A stretch of DNA of 64,000 bases, from the IMG/VR virus record IMGVR_UViG_3300028805_000095, one strand, 5' to 3'. This document shows, in pieces, positions 52,501-61,629 of this stretch. The position numbers were made by a program, and so were the translations under genes. The number at the start of each line of letters is the position of its first letter. Position 1 is the stretch's first letter. The notes under the pieces are model-generated. The model saw only the letters and a list, made by a program, of their open reading frames with translations. It had not been told where the DNA came from and made no database searches. The stretch is from an uncultured virus (IMG/VR IMGVR_UViG_3300028805_000095) (lineage: Duplodnaviria; Heunggongvirae; Uroviricota; Caudoviricetes).

Positions 52501-55500
52501 AATGGAAACAGGAATAGATTATATTAAATATCAAGGAGAATATGCTGCAAATCTCATCCATAGAGAGAACAGTACATTCGAAGAAGCTATCGATATTCCT
52601 AATCCTGCAGAAGAAGTACCTTTTGCTGGTGTATTTAAAGCGGGTGCTGTTACTGCTAGAATATTTGCAATAGCAATGGAAGTATTCAAAGGAATAGGAC
52701 GAGGCATCAAGATGAACGTCATTGATCCTTTAATGACTACACTTAGAACAGATATTAATAACGTAAAGACATCTATACAGACTGGTATTGACATTGCTAA
52801 TTCAGAAAGTGACTTAGGTACAAAGTTCGATCAGTTATTTGACTTGCCTACAGCAGCTACACCAATCGGTGAACTATTTAATAGTATAGCATTTGGCGGT
52901 AGACTCACTGGTATAGCAATAGTCGGACTCAAATATTTAAGTGAAAAAGTATCAGAGCATGTTGTAAAAGTTTTAGATACTCTTAAACCTCGTATAGATA
53001 ATATTAAAACAAGTATCAATGACGGTGCTAACTTAATCTCATCAGAAGCAAGTGTTGGTACGAAGATGAATGAAATATTCAGTGTACCTGACCCCAATGG
53101 TCCTCTTGATGGATTATTGAATGCTATTGCTATTGGTGGTAGACTTGTTGGTGCAACTTATGTTGTTACAGAATATGTAGGTAATAAGGTATCAGAGAAA
53201 GTTAAACCTATTGTTGATACTGCTAAAACAGTTGTTACAGAGTTAAAAACTCAAGTAGATACTGGTAATGAAATATTTAGTAAATCGGGTGATGACGCAT
53301 GGACAGCTATTAAAGAATTATTTAATGTGCCTAAGCCTACCAATTTAATGGAAACATTGTCATGGCCTATATTAATGGGTGCTAGATTTACAGGTGCTGG
53401 AATTGCTATAACTAAAGCAGTTGGTGAATCAATACATAGCAAATTAGCTCCATTGGTTGATCCGATTACTGCAGATTTTGCAGCTTATGAAGACGCTATG
53501 GCAAAGATAGATAAGAAATTTTCTGAAAAAGCCGAAGGAAGCGATATTTGGAATATGGAATCCCCTGCATTTAGCGGAAGCGCTATACAACCTATATTAG
53601 GCATGGCATTCGGTTTTAAGAAAGCTATATTTGGTTTAATTAGAGGAGTTGCTGGTAAATTTGAAAATGTACTTTCAGCCACAAATGTCTTCAATACATT
53701 ATGGGATAAATTGAAAAATATCGCTAATGGCGGAGGAAATTCTGGTATAGCTGGTGGTGGATCTGGATTTATATCTCAGAGAGACGCTAAATATGCTAAT
53801 ATGGGTCTTGGTGGCTATAATGTAGGAGAAATGGGCTGTGGTCCTGCTGCTGCATCTATGGTACTGGGTAACTCTATGTCCTCTAATGTAAGCTTAGCTA
53901 GAAAATATCAGACAGCAGGTGGTACTGATTTAGCATACTTCGGAGAAGCATTTGCTAGAAATGGTAGAACACCGATTTATTATAATTTAGGTGGTGGAGC
54001 TTCAGGAGTTGATATGGTAAGAGATATTGCTTCTGGTAAGCCTGTAGTATTAATGGGAAGAGATCCTTATAATACAAGTAAGGCCAATTCACCGTTTGGA
54101 CCTAATAATCACTATGTAGTTGCTAGAGGATTCCGTAATGGAGGCATCGTAGTAGATGACCCTGAAGCTTCTGCAGGTGGAATGATATATGACCCTTCAA
54201 TATTAGCAAACGTTACTGCTGCTGTTGGTGCAGGACGTTCTGGATTAGGCAGAAGAAGACGCAGACTCTTAGGAGTAGGTGGTGGCGCTGCTACTGTTAA
54301 TGGCGTTACTGACCAGATATGGTCATTCTTCAAAGCCAAAGGATATAGTGATGCTGCTGTTGCAGGTATTCTTGCAAATATTCAGCATGAATCTGGATTT
54401 AATGTCAATGCAGTTGGTGATAGTGGTCATGCATATGGCTTATGTCAGTGGCATGATTACAAGAGTACATCAAGCGGTAGATATGCTAATATGTATGCTC
54501 TTGCTAAATCAATGGGTAGAAGTGTATCAGACTTAACTGTACAACTTTCTCATATCCATAATGAGATAGGACAAGCTGGAGCAGGATATCCTTCAACAAG
54601 TGATCCGTATACAGCAGGATATAATTTCTGTGTAAACTTTGAAAGACCTTCTGATAGTGCTACTAAAGGAAAGCAGAGAGGAAATACTGCTAAGGAATTC
54701 TATGTTCGCTATAAAGGACAGACAGGATCTTATTCAGATACTTCTGGAATGATTAGTGGTGAGACTGGTAGTGCTCTTGGTGCTGCGTTAAGTAATGCCA
54801 ATAATAAGACACTCCTTCAGAGAATTCTTGGATTTACATCTTCACTTGGATCATTTGGAAGTGTATTTAGTAAATTTAATATAGCTAATATGTTCAGTAA
54901 CGCTGTTACTGGTAATAAGAATACTTCATTTACATTTAAGAGTGCTGGATTATTAAGTGGTTCTACTACTAACAATAACGTTCCTGTAGGTAACTTCCCT
55001 AATGGACAGCCTGTTGACTATATGAGAGCAATGTTAGGAAAGCTTCAGTATAGTAACAAAAACAGAGATCCAGAGAAAGGTGGAGGTGACTGCTCGTCAA
55101 CAGTTGCTTGGGCTTTAACTAAAGCTGGTATACCTGTAACGTCCGACTCTAGATGGCAGTATGTCAACAAAGATGGTTCAACACCTAGTTGGCAGAATGT
55201 TCTTTGGTATAATGGTGGTAAGAGATTGACTGGAAATATTCCTGTACAGCTTCAGCCTAATGACGTCATCTTCTATTCACATGGCGGAAGTAATTATCCT
55301 GACCATGTAGATCACGTAGAGATGTACAATGGTAATAATACTACTATTGGTCATGGTGGAGGAATTGGTACAAAGACACGTCCTATCACAACTAACCAAG
55401 ACCAGATTATAAAGATCGTACGTCCTAAGGGTGTAGGAGCTTCTGGTTCAGGTTTAGGCGATCTTGCTATGAAGCCTAAGAGAATGAGTACTATTACTAA

Positions 55501-55819
55501 TGGCGGAAAAGTTTATAATCTCTCTGATTATAAGCGTATTCCTAAAGCTGCAGGTGCAAGCGGAGTTGCTGGTGGTATAGATAAGAGCACTGCTCTGATT
55601 CTAAAGACTATGATTACTTTAATAGAATCAATTGTTAAGAATACAGATGATATCAGTGCGATTTATCAGTTATTATCCACGTATTGTGCAAATAACTCTG
55701 ATACCAAGTCTGCAGAGATTATCTCTAAACTCATGCAGGAAAGAGACACTGACAACTCTAGAATAGAAGATAACTTAGCTGATTTAAAGGCTACCGTAGA
55801 TTCTATTTTAGCAAGCTAA
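46559..55819 (+). CDS. giant tape-measure-like virion protein with three C-terminal catalytic domains, probably peptidoglycan hydrolases
   Basis: 3086 aa; Gly/Ala hydrophobic repeats; C39-like SQRD...GCGPAAASM...HYVV; tail-lysozyme AVAGILANIQHESG...AYGLCQW...FERP; NlpC/P60 GDCSS...HVEMY. Confidence 0.8.
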   Translation: MNATQYLRNVGKSMGYVAIDSFKNMAPNTAALFENAKDFSSDLYQTINDFKGKAVGADTGSLKGSIKNTASETWKNARDDFLSGKWYNKERKDAANDQMLKDMGFDFDFNFDIDDFGDYEDTSEKAAAEQSQKETQAVVGTINSSVASAANTVASVTAKSTDYLASVQNTNTAALYNLNTQGFNNVNLGLNAINANIGALVSLAKPLTDHMQNSAVFYAKSTEYQDKSLKLLEQLVKNTTPAQRKRSSSGKASFEDYVSDSGIDLARLFGDMKGNASKELKEYKELFAMLGGGKGLTGDITASPISFLLSSFLIPGLVGEKRRGKIKGFDDYLKTLGIGALARGSRKFNDSALGSLLSIIGIEIPELKSRSSIDTKNYIQGKIDWDGQSKKAITEVIPYYLSKMTAIMDGSGEMEIFDYKAGKFTTTTKLRESYESERRKTASSAGYDLSRKLEKAGTGITKDELDSFSTILMLYGGRDLDMLFSTRNQDRTEYLKNHKEVREFLDKHPGINKMIRQGTFAGNTKGAVTKYDLTNYFGEITGTMARNSRNHAQWEEEGTYGMLFNEAMGLNSKSGGVGLFGRDSSNYSALDYLRGIYLNTFDLSVKSSKRKGAKPPLSSSGIPTNTNKAMSESVKEESVASGKGMNLAAGGEEGFLEKLKSTLHDIVFNDGGLLGWATNEQTGVKAKFKKLGGKFRDFYFGPQDTVVNQYLGGVVRKTGLAALSEGEIVIPAQFNPYYNKRINRRAQRAGENRAISRFFGGYADGTTDAGDEASKKLHIDANSFLGKAGNTMAKGFSDFGVLLFNLFSESMGLNGEKATFEQQRAKVADIIGNATKSIKGFANEHGSDMLIGAMVGGGVSLLTGAAINPILGAAVGAGTSLIMTSDKVRDFLFGTDKKRGLMGDFGKDVRKFVEDQLPVTLMSGATGGAAGLLLGHPVVGMFLGAGAGFISQSKKAQNLLFGEINETTGEREGGILPAKMQKFLRNAVPGASAGAISGVIATALGGPFGLVGNMLLGAGVGTFVTSEKFKDWFLGKEGEDRKREGGFVKELRERVLNPVREIFFNLSDRIRQDVRDYIAIPLAQHSKELVTKIYNSRIVQGGIRGVKSIGTGIKTGLGKLGINLDNVKPFDLRGTRDKIVARNLMGGYGVRDKSGRFLTAKQKLDRFEGLSDLEGYEDYIGGFGYKTASMLSEDNMNDKQLLALNRQLSKVNNASDLAALGFKGTFTDAQVRRLKESARVEAKARKAKTPIDHIAIATDNIKNTLETIKTEGLKPYAPPKTSAEYTEYKNAEEAKTAIERKMLELQEQSAKKFNDVFGLGDDGKPLPEKSNKKKESILNKLFGEESIIGKASAFIVKAGKWISAIGLGALILSAFGIFDDFIYNLSEKLGLGVFGAKDTGDFTVGGYGYLGGGTGGGYTDADGNVVPLGDISNVVNYKDPTDIKKAYDSIKDYTYKRTDTYSWSERAKEALVRNSPKIISTGLALASHAVTLLSSKMTEVLTMILKIPTVNNMLAKGGYYIIDPADDAAKAVSKIIPVDLVEKLGAKEISEILSDVTTVINIAMAIIDFTAGYQDAEVTMHVANPSIGERVISGMVRALKNLIPVVGVLIPDKLVVDVFVKMFGGALGLDDFEARRAEADEIVAQYNAEHGTELNWNQYQKSVLDNKTWTEQAWEGVKTRVGRTVETAQIFGKDAKENGLGSALSNYLGGGFNRALEKTMSTQGGNLISNGIELNANVIDQLMPGIIGDILSSINRARMYGWAGDFAGIASVNLEVFEGSDDPITGFMSHLINPVLTLVKVEAYATAAGVKLVQNIKDGFKEFDFGSNPFASLVEDYLNINLHALAGDVGEMWTYKPNLNTGNKFIEGIWDIVMTADKLMNTPFAAVTWVVKKVWNGISDFAAPFLESDSIAAGIDMAKTVMAGDLSGLWKSTNPVTEKGGLIGPLASIGLFISKALWTGPTLMVKIGKLMHDPILKFIDGMETGIDYIKYQGEYAANLIHRENSTFEEAIDIPNPAEEVPFAGVFKAGAVTARIFAIAMEVFKGIGRGIKMNVIDPLMTTLRTDINNVKTSIQTGIDIANSESDLGTKFDQLFDLPTAATPIGELFNSIAFGGRLTGIAIVGLKYLSEKVSEHVVKVLDTLKPRIDNIKTSINDGANLISSEASVGTKMNEIFSVPDPNGPLDGLLNAIAIGGRLVGATYVVTEYVGNKVSEKVKPIVDTAKTVVTELKTQVDTGNEIFSKSGDDAWTAIKELFNVPKPTNLMETLSWPILMGARFTGAGIAITKAVGESIHSKLAPLVDPITADFAAYEDAMAKIDKKFSEKAEGSDIWNMESPAFSGSAIQPILGMAFGFKKAIFGLIRGVAGKFENVLSATNVFNTLWDKLKNIANGGGNSGIAGGGSGFISQRDAKYANMGLGGYNVGEMGCGPAAASMVLGNSMSSNVSLARKYQTAGGTDLAYFGEAFARNGRTPIYYNLGGGASGVDMVRDIASGKPVVLMGRDPYNTSKANSPFGPNNHYVVARGFRNGGIVVDDPEASAGGMIYDPSILANVTAAVGAGRSGLGRRRRRLLGVGGGAATVNGVTDQIWSFFKAKGYSDAAVAGILANIQHESGFNVNAVGDSGHAYGLCQWHDYKSTSSGRYANMYALAKSMGRSVSDLTVQLSHIHNEIGQAGAGYPSTSDPYTAGYNFCVNFERPSDSATKGKQRGNTAKEFYVRYKGQTGSYSDTSGMISGETGSALGAALSNANNKTLLQRILGFTSSLGSFGSVFSKFNIANMFSNAVTGNKNTSFTFKSAGLLSGSTTNNNVPVGNFPNGQPVDYMRAMLGKLQYSNKNRDPEKGGGDCSSTVAWALTKAGIPVTSDSRWQYVNKDGSTPSWQNVLWYNGGKRLTGNIPVQLQPNDVIFYSHGGSNYPDHVDHVEMYNGNNTTIGHGGGIGTKTRPITTNQDQIIKIVRPKGVGASGSGLGDLAMKPKRMSTITNGGKVYNLSDYKRIPKAAGASGVAGGIDKSTALILKTMITLIESIVKNTDDISAIYQLLSTYCANNSDTKSAEIISKLMQERDTDNSRIEDNLADLKATVDSILAS

Positions 55820-55908
55820 TTTAAAATAATTAATGGCTGGTAGGTTTAATTCCTACCAGCCTTAACTTTTATATAATTAACTTATATGATATGTGGAGGT
55901 AACTTAAT

Positions 55909-57444
55909 ATGCCAGCTAGAGTAGTTTCAAATCAATATAGTTATGCTAATGCTGACAGTATTAGCAATTACCGATTAACCAGTGCAGGTGCATCTGAAGT
56001 AGCAAATATAGGATATGATACCGATACTAGTGGTTACAATAATGGTGGGCAACATATCACTATGATTAAAAATACCAGAGGTATCTATGGTATCCCTTAT
56101 CAGTTCTTACCTACTGTAGATCCTAGAATAAGTGGTACAGATTTAGGTGCTAAATATGCAGAGAAGATAGTTGCTAAGATGCCTTTATTATTCTTAACTC
56201 CTTGTAAACAGAAGTTTATGGATGGATATGATCAGAATACAAAATCTACGTTCTTAAGTGCTTTATTATCTGGAGAACAGAATGATTTATTAAATCAGGT
56301 TGTTTCTAAGAATGGTAAATATTATAAGACAGTATTCATGTGGGACGAGTACTATAAATACATTAACAGTTTATGTGCTCAATTAGCTATTTATATGGGA
56401 TTAGATAATGTAAAGATCCCTACAAATAATGGTGAAAAGAAGATAGAAGATATCAACTGGGCGACTGACTTAGCTAATGAAGAATTTAATAATCTGTTTT
56501 TAAGTTTAAATAAACAAGATAATGGATATATTAATGCTAGACATGCTGTGGTATATTATCTGGATGGTTCTTCTGTATCATCTATGAGTGAATCATTTGG
56601 CAACAGTACAACAGAATCTTCTTTAGCATCACAGTTAAATGGATACAGTGAAACTATTAATGAAATCAAGTTCTTAGTTGGTGAAGATAATGCTTTAGTA
56701 AGTTCATTACAACAAGCTGCTGGAGATTTATCAAAAGGATTTTCAGAAGGCCTTGAAGGTATAGTATCTAATTTTGCTGGCGGTATGCTAGCAGATTTAG
56801 CTGGTAAGGGAACTTCATCTATAATAAGTGGTGGTAAATTAGTATTCCCTAAATTATGGCAAGACTCATCATTTGCCAGATCTTATTCATTCGATATCAA
56901 ATTAAGATCACCTGACCATGATAATCTTTCTATATTCTTGAATATTATGGTTCCTTTTATTCACTTATTAGCATTAGTATTACCTGTAGCACATGAAGAC
57001 AATGCCAACTCTTATAATGCTCCTTTCTTGGTAAAGGGTTATTGTAAAGGTCTATTTAATATAGATATGGGTATGATAACAGATATGTCTGTTACTAGAG
57101 GTGCAGAGTGTCAATGGAATGATGATGGTCTTCCTACGCAGATGGATATTTCTATATCTATAGAAGATTTATATAGTTCACTCTATATGTCTGCTCTTAA
57201 TAATGCTACACCACCATTATTACTTAATAGACTTAAGGATTCGATATCATTAGTTCAGAATACAACTATGATGGATTATCTTGCTAACTTAGGTGGTTTA
57301 AACTTAGCAGATGAACAGTTAGCTCGTTCAGCACGTATGTTGGTTAAACTTGTTAAAGGTACTACTGCTAGTGGTATTCGTAATGATATCTATAATACAT
57401 TTGACAGAGCAATTACTAATAGAATAAAATTCTTATATCAATAA
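55909..57444 (+). CDS. virion structural (baseplate/tail-associated) protein
   Basis: 511 aa, follows the tape-measure-like gene; FPKLWQDSSFARSYSFDIKLRSP and GMITDMSVTRG tail-tube-like motifs. Confidence 0.6.
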   Translation: MPARVVSNQYSYANADSISNYRLTSAGASEVANIGYDTDTSGYNNGGQHITMIKNTRGIYGIPYQFLPTVDPRISGTDLGAKYAEKIVAKMPLLFLTPCKQKFMDGYDQNTKSTFLSALLSGEQNDLLNQVVSKNGKYYKTVFMWDEYYKYINSLCAQLAIYMGLDNVKIPTNNGEKKIEDINWATDLANEEFNNLFLSLNKQDNGYINARHAVVYYLDGSSVSSMSESFGNSTTESSLASQLNGYSETINEIKFLVGEDNALVSSLQQAAGDLSKGFSEGLEGIVSNFAGGMLADLAGKGTSSIISGGKLVFPKLWQDSSFARSYSFDIKLRSPDHDNLSIFLNIMVPFIHLLALVLPVAHEDNANSYNAPFLVKGYCKGLFNIDMGMITDMSVTRGAECQWNDDGLPTQMDISISIEDLYSSLYMSALNNATPPLLLNRLKDSISLVQNTTMMDYLANLGGLNLADEQLARSARMLVKLVKGTTASGIRNDIYNTFDRAITNRIKFLYQ

Positions 57445-57553
57445 TCATATAGAGATGAGATTTATTCTCATCTCTATATTTATTTTTTATCATTACACAA
57501 ACTATTTATTAAATAAGCAGATAACGGCTTATAATTTATATGGAGGTATATTG

Positions 57554-57766
57554 ATGAATAGTAGAGAACAGTATGAAAAAAGCTATAATTATATGAATGA
57601 CCTACAGAAAGGTTTAACAGGTACAGCTATTACTATAGATTTTAATAAACTAGATGAAGTTACCGCTGGTGAAGTAAGAGATTTATTAAACAGATGCTTT
57701 GTAAGAAGAAAAGGCACAATTTTTAATACGATTTTGAATGGCGTACATGACGGATATTTTGATTAA
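57554..57766 (+). CDS. hypothetical protein
   Basis: ATG after GGAGGT. Confidence 0.55.
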   Translation: MNSREQYEKSYNYMNDLQKGLTGTAITIDFNKLDEVTAGEVRDLLNRCFVRRKGTIFNTILNGVHDGYFD

Positions 57767-57839
57767 TACACTAAAATTATCTAAAATATTTTTCAATGAT
57801 ATATTATATAGGTAATAAAGGAAGGAGTGTGATGAATTT

Positions 57840-60800
57840 ATGAGTGAAATTGTAGATGAATTCGATGATGGATATCTAGTTGAAGATGATTTTCCTAAAG
57901 AGTTGGATATGAAGATTAAGTATTCATATCCAGATAATCCCGACTATGAAATAGTGAGTTTCCTTGAGAGAATAAATTTTGATGCCGAGAAGCTGGAAGA
58001 CTTACAGAAGAACAAGGGATTCATTATACAGGCTTCTAAGTCTACTAAGAAAGAGATTAAGAATCCTGATGGAATATTCTCGACTAGATTTGCACAGAAG
58101 TTAGGAGATGACAATGCATTCCAAGATAGATACTCATGTAACTGTGGTGCATTAAAAGGTTCTATGAATAGAGGTCTAGTCTGTCCTACTTGTAATTCTC
58201 AATGTAAATTCATTGATGATGATTTCTCTATATTTGGATGGATAGAAATTGATAAAGAGTATGCTGTAATACATCCGATTATGTATAAACAGCTTAATGG
58301 TTTCTTTGGTACATCTAAATATATTAAAGATAAGAAATCTAAACGCGGTTCAGTATTACGAAATATATTAGACTTTGATCCAGAGATAGATAAAGATGGA
58401 CATATTGTCGGATATAAAGAGAGAAAAGGTGAACCTTATTATGGTATTGGAATGATAGAGTTCAGAAAACGTTTCGATGAGATTCTGGAGTTTTATTATA
58501 ATAAGAATCATAAGAAAGATGTTTATAATGATATCATCCATGATAAGGATATCATATTCACTAATTCGGTTCCTGTATTCACTACTTTATTAAGACCTAT
58601 GGATATTGTTGGGGGTTCTATGTATTATGAAAAGACAAATGAACTCTATAATATCATGGCTAAACAGGCTAAGTATATTAATCGTAATAAACGTTCTATG
58701 GATAGAAATCTCAATCTAAAGAATCAACAGTTATTTAGATTTCAATCTAAATATATAGAATTATATGATGAAGTAGTAGAGATTCTATCTGGAAAGAAAG
58801 GTGAACTAAGAACACTTGTATCTGGTAGATTTAACTTTAGTTCTAGAAATGTTATTAAACAGAATCCGAACTTAAGAATCGACCAGGTCGAATTACCTTA
58901 TGCGGAATTGGTAATTACACAAGAACAGAGAATCATTAATATATTGCATAGAACTTATAATATTACTTATCAAGAAGCATATAATCAATGGTTCAAAGCA
59001 GTAGGAGAAGTTGATCCAATAATTGTAAATATATTACAGGATATAATTAAATCCTCATGTAATGGAGAAGGATTACCTGTAATAATTAATAGAAATCGTG
59101 CGACTTGTTCAATATTGAAAAGATATTGCATAGATTATAAATCTATGAACTGATAACTCGAGAAGTGGAATGATAGGGTAACGCCTTGAAACACTCCTCT
59201 AATACTCCGACATGCATTAAGGTGAAAACTTTTTTGTATGAAGCTCGGTGAAGTCGGCATTTATATATGTCGGGAGTCTATAAAGTATCCATGGTGAGTA
59301 TGATAATTTATCTGACGAACTTCTGAATTAAAGTCTTGTATTAGTGTGGTCTAGTAAGAAGGGTTTCTATGAACGACCATAGTATATTATAGGTATATTC
59401 TAGCTAATATAATTCACAAGAAGCACCTAAAGATACATATGCAAAGATAGAGTTATTGGAACAAGGAAAGGTAGATATGTTCATATCTGCTGAAAAGCGG
59501 TGATCGAAGCGTAGATAATTCTTGTAATGAGAATAGGAGTAATGGTCACCAGTCAATATATTGTATATAATAGTATCTCGAGAATTATTATATATCTTAT
59601 ATTGATGGCACGCCGTATGCGGTGAAAGTCGCATGTACGGTGTAGAGTGGGGGAAAAGATAGAGATAACTTCAAAGTCTTACCTATCACTATCAACTATA
59701 TCATATGGATATGTTATTTGTCCGGCTGGATAGTGATATCCAGTAAAAACTACCGTATTAATTGCTGGAAACTCCTTAGAGCTTAAAAGTACTAGTAATA
59801 GTAATAATCTTTTAAGATTGGACAATCAGCAGCGAAGAAAAAGTATATTTAAATAAAATAAATAGGAGGTGATATTTCATGACTCCTATAAAATGTGCAT
59901 ATGAAAAGTTTGTTGACATAACAGATAAAATTGTCCCAAATGTTAAACCATATTATAAGATTAGTAATATGGGAAGAGTTTATAGTTTACATTCTGAAAA
60001 AATTATATCGAATGCTATAGATTCCAAAGGATATTATTATGTACAGCTACAAACATATAATGGACCCAAAGCTTGTAGAATTCATAGACTTGTATTAACA
60101 GCATTTGATTATCATGAAGGTTGTGAGAATGAATTGGTGAATCATGTCGATGGTGATAAATTAAATGATGATTTATTTAATCTAGAGTGGGCAACTTATT
60201 CCTCTAATCTTTGTCATGCTATTAGTCATGGATTAATTACATATGATAATAGAGGTTCATTATCAAATGAACAAGTTGAAACAATATGTAATTATTTGAT
60301 GGATTTAAATTATTCACCAACAATGATTGGTCAAATATTAAATATACCGCAAAATATGATATATTCTATATATTATAGAAGGGCATATTTGAGCATTTCG
60401 TCGAAATACACATTTCCTGATAGATCAAATATCAAATATAGTCGTATATTACCTATGAATAAAATAGAAGATATTTGCAAAGCATTTCAGGATACGGTAA
60501 ACGAAAGACAATCAATGGGTGCAGATGATTATATTCGTTTATGTTTGAATATCGCAAATGTTGATATTAACAAATCAACAATTAGACTTGCTCAGAGAAT
60601 ATTATATAAATCAGTAAATACAGAAATATCAGATAAATATACTTTTTAACGTTCAACGACTATCAAAAGCATAGTATAGGAGAAAGACCTATATGAAGAA
60701 GCGAGTAGAGTAGAATACAAGTGTATTCGAAATGTACGGGGACTCTATATTGGTAACAGATATAGAGTTGAAGATATAGTCTAGTATCCCATTATAATGA

Positions 60801-61476
60801 TGGGGAAGTTCATAAGAGAACTGCACAGATTAACGACCTGTGTGAATGATACGCAATCTTACAGATGTACTGCGTTGGTATTAACTTCAACTATTGTATG
60901 AGTGTTCCTCTTAGTGTATTAGTACCTCTCGCGGCGGATTTTGATAAAGATATAAGCTGTCAAAGTAAAACTCCTTTAATTGCTGGAAACCCTCGTTAGG
61001 CTTAAGGTACCAAAGTGTGACAATCCTTAAGATAGAGACAATCAGCAGCGAAGCTCTAGAAATAGAGAACGTTCAACGACTATCGAAAGCATAATATAGA
61101 AGAAATATCTATATGAAGAAGCGAGTAGAGTAGAATGCAAGTGTATTCGAAACGGGGAGCAGTGTAAGTATGGTAATAGTATTTATACTGAAGATATAGT
61201 CTAGACTATATAGAGATATATAGATATTAAACATCAGGCGATGTCTTAAATATCATGCATATTGTGAACTCAAACTTTTATGAAATGGCTAGGGAAGTAT
61301 TTAATCCTAGAAATGCCATGTATATATCTAGAAATGACGGTATGTTGAATAAAGATGTATTACCGCAAAAAGATACATTGGTAAATCTTAATACTTTGAA
61401 CGATATGTCCTTACGTAAATATAGTGACTCTGAAAGAGAGCATATCGAAAAGATTAAAGCTAAATTTGTAGGCTAG
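57840..61476 (+). CDS. RNA polymerase beta' N-terminal/catalytic subunit, four exons (57840..59097, 59693..59710, 60854..60945, 61237..61476; 535 aa)
   Basis: DGIFS...YSCNCG...CPTC zinc finger, GKKGELR...GRFNFSSRNVI; splicing gives INRNPTISYGSILQMYC...PLAADFDGDVLNI. Confidence 0.88.
59098..59692 (+). mobile_element. group II intron (ORF-less, 595 nt)
   Basis: 5' GTGCG; domain V ACGCCGTATGCGGTGAAAGTCGCATGTACGGTGT; domain VI ending CCTATCACTAT; EBS1 GGTTTCT (59362-59368) pairs with the exon end AGAAATC. Confidence 0.9.
59711..60853 (+). mobile_element. group I intron with an HNH homing endonuclease ORF
   Basis: P1 GGAT|A/TGTCC with U-G pair; AATTGCTGGAAAC, AATCAGCAGC, TTCAACGACTA and AAGATATAGTCT core elements; ends in G. 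Confidence 0.9.
59879..60649 (+). CDS. intron-encoded NUMOD4-HNH homing endonuclease
   Basis: YKISNMGRVYS; IHRLVLTAF...VNHVDGDKLNDDLFNLEWATYSSNLCHA. Confidence 0.88.
   Translation: MTPIKCAYEKFVDITDKIVPNVKPYYKISNMGRVYSLHSEKIISNAIDSKGYYYVQLQTYNGPKACRIHRLVLTAFDYHEGCENELVNHVDGDKLNDDLFNLEWATYSSNLCHAISHGLITYDNRGSLSNEQVETICNYLMDLNYSPTMIGQILNIPQNMIYSIYYRRAYLSISSKYTFPDRSNIKYSRILPMNKIEDICKAFQDTVNERQSMGADDYIRLCLNIANVDINKSTIRLAQRILYKSVNTEISDKYTF
60946..61236 (+). mobile_element. group I intron (ORF-less, 291 nt) inside the catalytic ADFD|GD
   Basis: P1 TTTGAT|A/TGTCAAA; same core elements as the upstream intron; in-frame ligation requires a terminal A. Confidence 0.85.
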
Positions 61477-61536
61477 TTTAAAAAGAGCAGTAATGGAATA
61501 GTTATAGAGAATGTGATTTTCCTATCTGCTCTATTT

Positions 61537-61621
61537 GGTAGTGTGGCAGAGCGGAATTGCGGAGGCTGAGAAGCCTCGGTATCTGATCAATACCATGATG
61601 GTTCGACTCCATCAACTACCA
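61537..61621 (+). tRNA. class II (long variable arm) tRNA-like element with an abnormal anticodon loop
   Basis: GGTAGT/ACTACC acceptor; TGGCAGAGCGGAATTGC D-arm; GAGGC-TGAGAA-GCCTC (6-nt loop); GGTAT/ATACC variable arm; GATGG-TTCGACT-CCATC T-arm. Confidence 0.65.
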
Positions 61622-61629
61622 CATGGCAT

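Noticed and set aside
48889..54339. Minus-strand ORFs inside the giant virion gene (and similar ones in gyrA, ligase and RNAP genes)
   Set aside because: Antisense shadows of codon bias, without RBS or motifs.
59404..59634. Maturase ORF in the group II intron
   Set aside because: It is short, antisense and has no RT motifs.
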